Shown here: piece after piece, positions 47,807-54,879 of the stretch | How positions within the stretch are numbered: the first letter of the stretch is position 1 | Layout of the letters: every line of letters starts with the position of its first letter | Notes under the pieces: model-generated | Database searches by the model: none | Told to the model about the DNA's origin: nothing | What the model saw: only the letters and a program-made list of their open reading frames with translations | Translations under genes and position numbers: made by a program | Origin: Candidatus Nanoarchaeia archaeon | Lineage (GTDB): Archaea > Nanobdellota > Nanobdellia > Woesearchaeales > GW2011-AR9 | DNA length: 64,000 bases | Assembly: GCA_035288985.1 (NCBI GenBank) | Contig: DATDYP010000015.1 | Coordinates: 27,119 to 91,118, forward strand | Direction of reading: 5' to 3'

Positions 47807-48002
47807 TGGCCCTGCCGGGACTTTCAAAGCTTCTCTCGTTGTGTGGGGCTGAGCGCAGCGAATGCCGCACCTCGCTCCGGGTTGGCGAAAGAACCCCTTT
47901 GAACCCAGGACCTCTGGCTGTCCAAGCTGATTAATGGCATGTTTGCGTGAACCATTAACGGTCATATAAGACCAGCGCTCAACCAGGCTAAGCTACAGGG
48001 CC
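47807..48002 (-). tRNA. tRNA-Ile, apparent anticodon UAU, with two introns (37/38 and T-loop 59/60)
   Basis: Acceptor GGCCCTG/CAGGGCC. D arm GCTT-AGCCTGGTT-GAGC. Anticodon stem CTGGT/GCCAG. Loop CTTATA|A. Variable AGGTC. T stem CTGGG/CCCGG. T-loop TTCAAA|T. Discriminator A. Intron 1 is about 45 nt (47920-47964; its BHB is relaxed, CTTA:TTGG). Intron 2 is 77 nt (47821-47897) with a perfect central helix TTCA:TGAA and bulges AAG/AGT. The body resembles archaeal tRNA-Ile. Confidence 0.65.
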
Positions 48003-48116
48003 GGATTGGAAAGAAGTACCTTCCTTTAAAAGATTTTCTTCATGCTTTTCTCTACCTTATAATTACTACAAACTTATTTAAAGCAAAAAATAAGCATTTT
48101 CAGTACTGGCAGTACC

Positions 48117-48986
48117 ATGAATGTAAATCAAGTCAAGAAATTAATGGACCGGAAGAAGACTTCCCATAAAGGAGAGAACGGCTATGCCTTGGTCATCGGC
48201 GGTTCTGAAGAGTATGTCGGTGCTGTCGTCCTTGCCGGCCTGGCTGCTCTAAGGGCGGGTTGTGATGCAGTAACAGTCGCGGCGCCGGAAAAGATCGCCT
48301 GGGCAGTCAACCAGTACAGTCCTGACCTGATGACCTACAAAGTTAAGGGCAGTACTTTCAGCATCAAGAATGCCAAGGAAATGATCAAGTATGCAGACAA
48401 GTTTGATGCTGTCCTGATCGGCAACGGCATCACCAGGAAAGCTGACAAGTTCTGCCAGCATTTCATCAAAAAATCGCCGAAGCTTAAAGTAATCGATGCT
48501 GATGCCTTAAAGTCCTTGTCGTTTAAGGAGTTCAGCAATTCCATCATCACTCCGCATGAAACCGAGCTTGAAGTGATGTTAGTGAACAGCCATAAGGAGT
48601 TTTTAATACCAAAATTGCGCAGTTCCAATGCTAAGGAAAAGGCTGAAATTCTTCAAGGCAATCTTCGCTATTTCCTGCAGAACAATAACGTCCTGCTGGT
48701 TAAGGGCCCTACTGATATCATCATCTCCCGCAACAAGATCGCTTATAACAGGACTGGTAATCAGGGCATGACTAAAGCAGGTACTGGTGATATTCTTGCA
48801 GGACTTACTGTAGGATTCCTGGCTAAGACTAAGGATCTTTTCAAGAGTGCAGTTGCGGCATCCTACATCAACGGCTATGTCGGCGATCTTCTGCTCAAGA
48901 AAAAGAGAGGATATACATTCATTGCCTCTGATATCCTTGAAGATCTGGAAAAGATTGACCGGAAAAGCAAGAAAAAGAAGAAGTGA
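48117..48986 (+). CDS. nnrD: NAD(P)H-hydrate dehydratase (YjeF C-terminal / carbohydrate kinase family)
   Basis: HKGENGYALVIGGSEEYVGAVVLAGLAALRAGCD, ITPHETE, GTGDILAGL. Confidence 0.8.
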   Translation: MNVNQVKKLMDRKKTSHKGENGYALVIGGSEEYVGAVVLAGLAALRAGCDAVTVAAPEKIAWAVNQYSPDLMTYKVKGSTFSIKNAKEMIKYADKFDAVLIGNGITRKADKFCQHFIKKSPKLKVIDADALKSLSFKEFSNSIITPHETELEVMLVNSHKEFLIPKLRSSNAKEKAEILQGNLRYFLQNNNVLLVKGPTDIIISRNKIAYNRTGNQGMTKAGTGDILAGLTVGFLAKTKDLFKSAVAASYINGYVGDLLLKKKRGYTFIASDILEDLEKIDRKSKKKKK

Positions 48987-49082
48987 AATCGTAACAAGTC
49001 ATAAACCGCATCCTTTTTATAGGATGGAGTATTACTTCCTGTTGAATAAGATTACCAAGTCTTAAAAAAAGAGGTGATTGTA

Positions 49083-49313
49083 ATGAATTGCTGTGACGGT
49101 GTGTGTATGAAATGCCATGGGATTAAGAAGGTAGTATTTGGTTTGCTGCTTCTCTTAAATATGTTTGTCTGGCCTAAATGGTTAGGCGTTGACGGCTGGG
49201 TAGCATGGTTAGCAGTATTGTTAGTCCTTGCAGGTGTCCTGAAGCTGGTTAAGCCTACGTGCGGGCATTGTGACTCAATGATGCCTTCAAAGATGAGCGG
49301 CAAGAAAAAATAA
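49083..49313 (+). CDS. Small Cys-rich membrane protein
   Basis: SD-like AAGAGGTGAT lies 6 nt before ATG 49083. MNCCDGVCMKCHG, then two TM helices, then CGHCD. Confidence 0.4.
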   Translation: MNCCDGVCMKCHGIKKVVFGLLLLLNMFVWPKWLGVDGWVAWLAVLLVLAGVLKLVKPTCGHCDSMMPSKMSGKKK

Positions 49314-49379
49314 AAACTTTATTTTTTTTATTTTTTAACTGTCAAAAACTTTAAATAGGAAAGCTCTTTTCTGTAAGAT

Positions 49380-49643
49380 ATGGGATTATATGCTATGTAC
49401 CAGCATCCGTTTATGTTTGGGTTTTCCCTAGCTCTTATCGGACTCTGGACGTTGGTGTGGAAAGGCTTAGGATTATGGTATGCCGGCAAACATCAGCAGA
49501 AAGGCTGGTTTATCGCTATTTTGCTTCTTAACCCTGTTGGCTTATTGTCAATAATTTATTTGCTCTGGTTCAGGCCGAGGACGCGGCGGAATGCAGAAAG
49601 TATGGTCATGAAGCGTTCTGTGCGCAGAAAGGCAAAGAAGTGA
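49380..49643 (+). CDS. Small two-TM membrane protein
   Basis: FMFGFSLALIGLWTLVW and WFIAILLLNPVGLLSIIYLLWF, with a basic tail. Confidence 0.45.
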   Translation: MGLYAMYQHPFMFGFSLALIGLWTLVWKGLGLWYAGKHQQKGWFIAILLLNPVGLLSIIYLLWFRPRTRRNAESMVMKRSVRRKAKK

Positions 49644-49692
49644 TAAAACAAAACTCTTATTGCTAAATTCTAATTACTAAAATTATCTCATA

Positions 49693-49884
49693 ACTAAATC
49701 CGGTTCTGTAGAAAATCTCTGAAAAGTCGCCTTGGCCGCTCATTCGGTCAATTCTTGCTTTGTATCTTTTTGTAAAAAGCATGATTTTTTGAAGGAATTG
49801 AACTACCAATAGGTCTTACGAAAAGCAGTTCCTCATTCGCAACGTGGCCGAGGCGGCGACTTTTTCTACCGAGTCACTAAATCC
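49693..49884. mobile_element. MITE-like element (174 bp, 49702-49875) flanked by a perfect 9-bp direct duplication ACTAAATCC
   Basis: ACTAAATCC occurs at 49693-49701 and 49876-49884. Terminal inverted repeats GGTTCTGTAGAAAA / TTTTCTACCGAGTC match 11/14. Inner inverted repeat AAAAGTCGCC / GGCGACTTTT. The left end resembles the family consensus GGCTCTGTCCTAAATCTC. The right duplication contains the stop codon of the RimK-like gene. Confidence 0.65.
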
Positions 49885-50956
49885 TAAACTCTTCGACGTT
49901 CAGTTTTCCTTTCCTGGCCTTGACAAGGTACTCTCTCCTGTCATTGAAGCCAGTTATCTTGGTGATCAATTCCGGAAGAAGAATCCGCTCACCACGCAGC
50001 GTCAAGTGGGTGATGATCTCATGCCCAGCATCAGGATCAGCAGAGAGCTCTTTCAACACTTTTGTTGTTGCTACCTTATGACTGGCATTAAGGATCGCGT
50101 CAGTCTTCCTGAACAGGAATTTGGCAATCTCATCGGCAATATCAATGGTTGAAACTTCACTTAACCCCTGTAACCCTGGAGAGATGTTGGCTTCTATCAC
50201 CAGCGGACCCGACGGTCCTTCCAGTATATCTACGCCGCAAATCTCTGCTTTCAAGGCTTTGGCTGTATCTAGCGCAATGTTGATAGTGTCCCTGTTTAGC
50301 TGGACGGCTGCGCCTTTTCCTCCGGCATGCAGATTAGCCCGCTTATCTTCCGTCTGTGATTTCCGCTTCATCGCGGCAACGACTTTTTCCCCAACAACAA
50401 GAGCTCGGATATCCTCCCCGCCAGTCTCAACGTATTCCTGAATGATAAAAGGCTGGTTCAGTACGCCCAAAGCATCTAACAGTGAAGAGGCCGAGCTGAT
50501 CGAATCCGCAAACATCACACCCTTGCCCTGCGTCCCTTCCGGGAATTTCATGACGATCGGATAGTTGACCAGTTTCAGCAGTTCTTTCGCTTCTGCTGCC
50601 GATGGCGAGATATACGTCCTGGGCATGGGAATATTTTGCTGCTGCAGGATCAAATGGGTGAGAAGTTTGTTATGCACTGTTGTGAAAGTACTTGAAGGAA
50701 GCGGCATGTAGGGGACTTTTCCTTCCAGCATCGAAGCGATGGAGCAGAGCAGATTGGCATACCTGTACGATCCTTTCACATAGACACAGTCATAATTATC
50801 TAGCTCCTTCCCTTGATATGAAATTCCAGCTTCCTTGCCTAGATGCACTTCAATCTGTTTCAGCTGGATCATGTCAACCTTGGTAAAATATTTTTTCATC
50901 GCTTCCGCTGTCATTACTGAGCTGGTACTTCCCATGGAAATGAGTGCGGCTTTCAT
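49877..50956 (-). CDS. RimK-type ATP-grasp ligase
   Basis: YPIVMKFPEGTQGKGVMF, FIIQEYVETGGEDIRALVVG, ANLHAGG, ICGVDILEGPSGPLVIEANISPG. About 70 aa of C-terminal extension. Confidence 0.8.
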   Translation of the reverse strand: MKAALISMGSTSSVMTAEAMKKYFTKVDMIQLKQIEVHLGKEAGISYQGKELDNYDCVYVKGSYRYANLLCSIASMLEGKVPYMPLPSSTFTTVHNKLLTHLILQQQNIPMPRTYISPSAAEAKELLKLVNYPIVMKFPEGTQGKGVMFADSISSASSLLDALGVLNQPFIIQEYVETGGEDIRALVVGEKVVAAMKRKSQTEDKRANLHAGGKGAAVQLNRDTINIALDTAKALKAEICGVDILEGPSGPLVIEANISPGLQGLSEVSTIDIADEIAKFLFRKTDAILNASHKVATTKVLKELSADPDAGHEIITHLTLRGERILLPELITKITGFNDRREYLVKARKGKLNVEEFRI

Positions 50957-51306
50957 AAGTTTGGATCGATCAGGAAATTTCCCTTCTTCAAGATATTCTG
51001 CCCGATAAGTACTCTGTAGGTCATGTGGCTTCTGTCAGCGATGGTGACTTCTTCTTCAATCTCCTTGCCTTTTATTATAATTGTTGCTTTCACGATAGGC
51101 CTTTGCTTGACTCCTGAGGCGGATTTTACAACCTTCGTCCGTATCACCGGACCAAGTTCAAGTTCTTCCGCCAGGTGCTTGCCGATTGAGGAGGATGTAG
51201 CGCCGGTGTCTATCCGTGCGGTAAGTTCTATTTCTTTCCCGGACTTTCCTTTTATGGTTATAGTTTCGGTGAGGCCTAAAATTACTTTTCCCGGCATAGC
51301 AAGCAT
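50953..51306 (-). CDS. Retropepsin-like aspartic protease (DUF785 / RimK-associated 'zinc protease' family)
   Basis: LTARIDTGATSSSI (DTGA), YRVLIGQNILKKGNFLIDP. Overlaps the rimK-like start by 4 nt. Confidence 0.7.
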   Translation of the reverse strand: MLAMPGKVILGLTETITIKGKSGKEIELTARIDTGATSSSIGKHLAEELELGPVIRTKVVKSASGVKQRPIVKATIIIKGKEIEEEVTIADRSHMTYRVLIGQNILKKGNFLIDPNL

Positions 51307-51387
51307 ATTTCCTGCCAGTTTTATAAGATTTGCTGTTACGAGTGCTGGGATGTTGTCACATTAAGACAGAGCCAGCTGCACCCAAAA

Positions 51388-51397
51388 CTTTATAAAA
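51388..51397 (+). promoter_or_regulatory. TATA-box-like element (CTTTATAAAA) for tRNA-Glu
   Basis: Ends 24 nt upstream of the tRNA 5' end at 51422. Confidence 0.55.
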
Positions 51398-51421
51398 GAT
51401 CTCAAGAATTTACAGTCCAAT

Positions 51422-51544
51422 GCCCCGGTGGTGTAGACGATAAATCAATCTTTGATTTATTGACACTCTCCGGACTATCATACTGCCCTTTCGTCCAGAA
51501 AGGGAAGATAGGCAGTGACCCGGGTTCGAATCCCGGCCGGGGCA
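51422..51544 (+). tRNA. tRNA-Glu(UUC) with two introns (D-loop 15/16 and 37/38)
   Basis: Exons: GCCCCGG TG GTGT AG | TCCGGACTA TCAT A CTGCC CTTTCG | A GGCAG TGAC CCGGG TTCGAAT CCCGG CCGGGGC A (75 nt). The D-loop intron is 32 nt (51437-51468), with BHB GTGT:ACAC, bulges AGA/TCT, and outer helix CGATAAATCAA:TTGATTTATTG. The anticodon intron is 16 nt (51494-51509), with BHB CTTT:GAAG and bulges CGT/ATA. T-run terminator follows. Confidence 0.8.
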
Positions 51545-51552
51545 TTTTCTTT

Positions 51553-51984
51553 TCAGGGCTTATCTTTTTCATCTTTCTCTCTACGTCTTTTCTCAAAACT
51601 GTTTCTCTCAATTTCTTCTCTAAACCATTTATACGCTTCAAAGGAAGTTTTACAGATGTCCCTGAATGTTTCTTCGCTGATGTCCCGGCGAAGTTTTGTT
51701 TCATACCACAATTCTTTGGTCAGGCTAGTGCTATCGATATTAAGGTTAGGGACAGTTTCTTTTGTATAAATGGCGTTTCCATTCTTTGTCTGGCATTTGT
51801 AGGCGCTGACCATACCTTCATTAAATCTGAGATCATAGCTGCAGGTTGCGGCTTCGGCAATGCAGTTACGATGCGCTTCCTCCGCACTTGTTTGATAGAA
51901 TGTGGTGGTTTCTTGAACGGGAAGGTTTGTCGGCTGGGCGGTGCAGCTGCTTGCCAAAAGCACCAAGCTTACGATTTTTCTCAT
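51553..51984 (-). CDS. Putative lipoprotein, hypothetical
   Basis: MRKIVSLVLLASSCTAQP (lipobox-like ASSC). K/E-rich C-terminus. Confidence 0.5.
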   Translation of the reverse strand: MRKIVSLVLLASSCTAQPTNLPVQETTTFYQTSAEEAHRNCIAEAATCSYDLRFNEGMVSAYKCQTKNGNAIYTKETVPNLNIDSTSLTKELWYETKLRRDISEETFRDICKTSFEAYKWFREEIERNSFEKRRREKDEKDKP

Positions 51985-52064
51985 TCTGCTTCAGGAAATA
52001 CCGCTTTTTAAAAATATATCTTTCAAAAGATAATATTTATAATGTTTTTAAGTATTTTATCACC

Positions 52065-52319
52065 ATGGACAGCATTGATATGATTCTGTACCAGACTGGC
52101 GCTGATGATGGGGAGGAAACCCAGTTCTACATACGCGCTGTTTTTGATGATGCTGATACCGATAGATACATCAAAGGATTTCAAGAACTGGGAGCAAAGC
52201 TTATCGATAAATTTCATAGCATTCCCATGGATAAATTTACGCAGATTGCTGACCTGACCTGCCGATATAAAGGGCCGCTGGAAGGATTCATGAAGGAGTT
52301 TACCCGTGTTTTCCACTAA
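52065..52319 (+). CDS. Small hypothetical protein (84 aa)
   Basis: ATG 52065 (MDSIDMILYQ) was chosen because the upstream part of the tracked ORF runs antisense through the neighbouring gene. An AT-rich promoter region lies at 52020-52055. Confidence 0.4.
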   Translation: MDSIDMILYQTGADDGEETQFYIRAVFDDADTDRYIKGFQELGAKLIDKFHSIPMDKFTQIADLTCRYKGPLEGFMKEFTRVFH

Positions 52320-52442
52320 GATAGGGGTTTTTGCGCTCAGTTTCCCTGTTTTCAGTGATCTGTAAACATAAGAAAAGGGCATTTTACAAGCAATGTTTTA
52401 TAAAGAGAACACCTTTATGGGAACGTAAACATTGTAGCGAAG

Positions 52443-52736
52443 ATGCAATTCTTCGGCTATATGAACATGAGGTACGAAAATAAAATGGATAACAGAAGGG
52501 ATAAAGGAAACCGATCTCGTTCGCAAGGAAGAAGCGATCGAGGAGATCGAGGAGGAAGTTTTGGCGGCGGGAATTTTAGAAGCAGAGGCAGCTTTGACCA
52601 AGGGCCTAGGGAAATGCACCCAGCTACATGCGCAGAATGCGGCTGCAGCTGTGAAGTTCCGTTTAAGCCTACCGAAGGCAAGCCAGTCTACTGCCGGGAT
52701 TGTTTCAGGAAGAAAAATCCAAATCCGCGCTTTTGA
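52443..52736 (+). CDS. RGG-rich small protein with a CxxC-x17-CxxC zinc-ribbon domain
   Basis: CAEC + 17 residues + CRDC (CAECGCSCEVPFKPTEGKPVYCRDC), preceded by an R/G/S/D-rich low-complexity region. GTTTTATAAAG lies about 40 nt upstream. Confidence 0.6.
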   Translation: MQFFGYMNMRYENKMDNRRDKGNRSRSQGRSDRGDRGGSFGGGNFRSRGSFDQGPREMHPATCAECGCSCEVPFKPTEGKPVYCRDCFRKKNPNPRF

Positions 52737-52828
52737 TCGGCAAAACATAACGTAAATACGGTCATTTTTGCATATTTTCAATGTGCAAGGTGATGTTTTT
52801 TACTTTTTTGTATATTTTTCTTTGTTTT

Positions 52829-53563
52829 TTACCAGAGTAAGAAGGCAAGCCCTTCGTAGATGAATTTTAAACTTATCAGTCCGATAATGAGCAGTACAAA
52901 CTTTCTAAATGAAGGCTGCGGGATCGCATCAACTACTTTCTTACCTATATAGGAACCAGCAATGGCAATTATAAACAGTGCCGGAAGATAGACATAGAAT
53001 CGCGGCTCAAGGAAGCCGCTTCCAAGATAGATCGGAATTCTGGTTATATCTACTGCCAGTGCAATAGCCGCGGCGGTGGCAATGTAGACATTTTTCTGTA
53101 GGTTAAATGCTGTAAGGAAGGCACTTCGCAAGGCCCCGCCAGTGCCGATCAACCCTGCCAGGAAGCCGGAAACACCACCGCCAATAACTGCTGTTTTATT
53201 GGAAGCTTTGAATTTAAAATCAGGTTTTACCATTGAGATAATCGCGAATAGGAGTAAAAAGATTCCCAGCCCTAATTTTAACACCTCCTGAGAGGTATAG
53301 TTCACTAAAAGCGCGCCAACGATAGTGAGGAGTACGCTGGGCAGACCAAAAATGAACAGCAGCCTTTTGTCTAACCCATGCCTGAAGAAAGCTATCCTGC
53401 CCAGATTGCCGGAGATATGGAAAAAAGCAACAAGGAGCAATGCTGTTTTGAAATCGACGAAAAACAAGGCCAGCGGCAGGAAGATGGTCGAGGAGCCGAA
53501 TCCTGCTATGGTGCCGATGACTTCTGCTACGAATGCTGCAATGAAGAATAATAAACTTACCAT
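52829..53563 (-). CDS. TauE/SafE (TSUP, DUF81) family anion exporter
   Basis: About 8 TM helices with an internal duplication. GFGSSTIFLPL and GTGGALRSAFL motifs. Confidence 0.75.
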   Translation of the reverse strand: MVSLLFFIAAFVAEVIGTIAGFGSSTIFLPLALFFVDFKTALLLVAFFHISGNLGRIAFFRHGLDKRLLFIFGLPSVLLTIVGALLVNYTSQEVLKLGLGIFLLLFAIISMVKPDFKFKASNKTAVIGGGVSGFLAGLIGTGGALRSAFLTAFNLQKNVYIATAAAIALAVDITRIPIYLGSGFLEPRFYVYLPALFIIAIAGSYIGKKVVDAIPQPSFRKFVLLIIGLISLKFIYEGLAFLLW

Positions 53564-53627
53564 GTTATCTATACTTCAATTAGTCTATAAAAGGATTTTG
53601 TTTTCACAATCAGAGAGCTAATCTGAC

Positions 53628-53912
53628 GGGCTCTGTCCTGAATCTCACTCATGAAAATAAACAACGATTTATTTTCAGAGCTGAAATGAAGTCGTTGCTT
53701 TATTTCAGGCTTTGTTCGGGTTAGCGTGACCTCGCTTTTGGGAAATATGATAATAATGCGGCATCCCCGTACATGAAATTAAGAAACTACTTAATTTCAG
53801 TACAGAAAATCAATAGGTTTTGATTTTCTTGTAAGGGACAACCCCCTGCCGCAATCAATGCAATATCCAAGAAACGCTCGTACTCACACGCTAACCACAT
53901 TCAAGACAGATC
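53628..53912. repeat. 285-bp element of the same inverted-repeat family, with extra internal perfect hairpins
   Basis: The left end GGGCTCTGTCCTGAATCTCACT pairs imperfectly with the right end ...ATTCAAGACAGATC. Inner pair GGTTAGCGTG/CACGCTAACC. The word CTTTGTTCGGGTTAGCG resembles CTTCGTTCGGGGTCACCG of element 22084. Four perfect 9-10-bp hairpins are present (for example TGAAAATAAA/TTTATTTTCA and TGAAATTAAG/CTTAATTTCA). Confidence 0.65.
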
Positions 53913-53954
53913 TTATCCAACGATTAAATTTATAAGGAACAAAGGAGTACTATA

Positions 53955-54878
53955 GTGAAGATCAGGATGGAAAAAAGAGGACAGGTTACAGTATTTATAA
54001 TTGTAGGCATTATGATAGTGTTGCTTTCCTTAGGTTTCTTTCTTGTTAAAAACAGTTTTCTTACCGAGAGCCTGGCTGCCGAAGAGAAAGGACTACCGGT
54101 AGGGGTAGTGCAAAGCACTGTCGAATCATGCCTGGAACGAAGTACAAAAGATGCGCTGGTCATAGTCGGAAAACAGGGAGGGTATTATAAGGCGCCTCTT
54201 GACTCTGAATTTCTGTTCGGTTCCTATGTTCCCTATTATGTTTATGAAGGGGAGGATGCGGCTCCTGATTTGGAGGATCTGGAGAAGCAACTCTCTCTAG
54301 CTGTCAGTGACCTGCTTCCCGAATGCCTGGATCAGATCGTCGAGTTCCATGCCCGCGAGGGGGTTGTTGTTGAGTACCGCATTGATAGGATCAGCGCCAT
54401 GATCCGTGATGACGCTATTTCTCTGGAAGGAAATATTCCAGTAGCAGTACGCTTGAAAGAGGAGCAAAAAGTTGAAGCAGAATTGTCCCATTTTGCGGTC
54501 ACGCTGGAAGTACAATATAAGGAATTGTATGAATTCAGCACGGAAATAGCACGTTTGCAGAAGACAGACCTGCAGTGGTTTATGTTTGGAGACCTTTCTG
54601 ATCTGAGCTATAAATCTGGTATACAGTTTGAAATTCTCGCTCCGCAGCAGTTTGTCAGCGAACGAGAAGAGACTGGTGCAGAGATTGTACCTGACAATGA
54701 TCAAGAGGATTATAATAAGATCCTCATTTCCCTGGTCAGCCGGGATTTTTTCGACGAGCCATATTATTACACTTTTGGAATCCTTTTTGATGCGGATTAT
54801 GATGCCGCTTTTAGTAAAGATGCTGAACTGGAAGAAACGATGCTGCAGGAGGTTGACCTAGCATTAGCAGAAGAATGA
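53955..54878 (+). CDS. Pilin-like surface protein (class III signal peptide, KRGQ motif)
   Basis: SD-like AAGGAG lies upstream. N-terminus M(KIRM)EKRGQVTVFIIVGIMIVLLSLGFFLV is a short basic leader, G-Q, then a hydrophobic helix, as in archaeal prepilins processed before Gln. The rest is acidic with no motif. Confidence 0.5.
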   Translation: MKIRMEKRGQVTVFIIVGIMIVLLSLGFFLVKNSFLTESLAAEEKGLPVGVVQSTVESCLERSTKDALVIVGKQGGYYKAPLDSEFLFGSYVPYYVYEGEDAAPDLEDLEKQLSLAVSDLLPECLDQIVEFHAREGVVVEYRIDRISAMIRDDAISLEGNIPVAVRLKEEQKVEAELSHFAVTLEVQYKELYEFSTEIARLQKTDLQWFMFGDLSDLSYKSGIQFEILAPQQFVSEREETGAEIVPDNDQEDYNKILISLVSRDFFDEPYYYTFGILFDADYDAAFSKDAELEETMLQEVDLALAEE

Positions 54879-54879
54879 T

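Noticed and set aside
47774-47965. 63-aa minus-strand ORF
   Set aside because: It coincides with tRNA-Ile and its GC-rich T-loop intron.
51402-52011. ORFs 51402-51704 (-), 51460-52011 (+) and 51515-51769 (+)
   Set aside because: They overlap tRNA-Glu or run antisense to the better-supported lipoprotein gene 51553-51984, which has a signal peptide and lipobox. They were treated as spurious.
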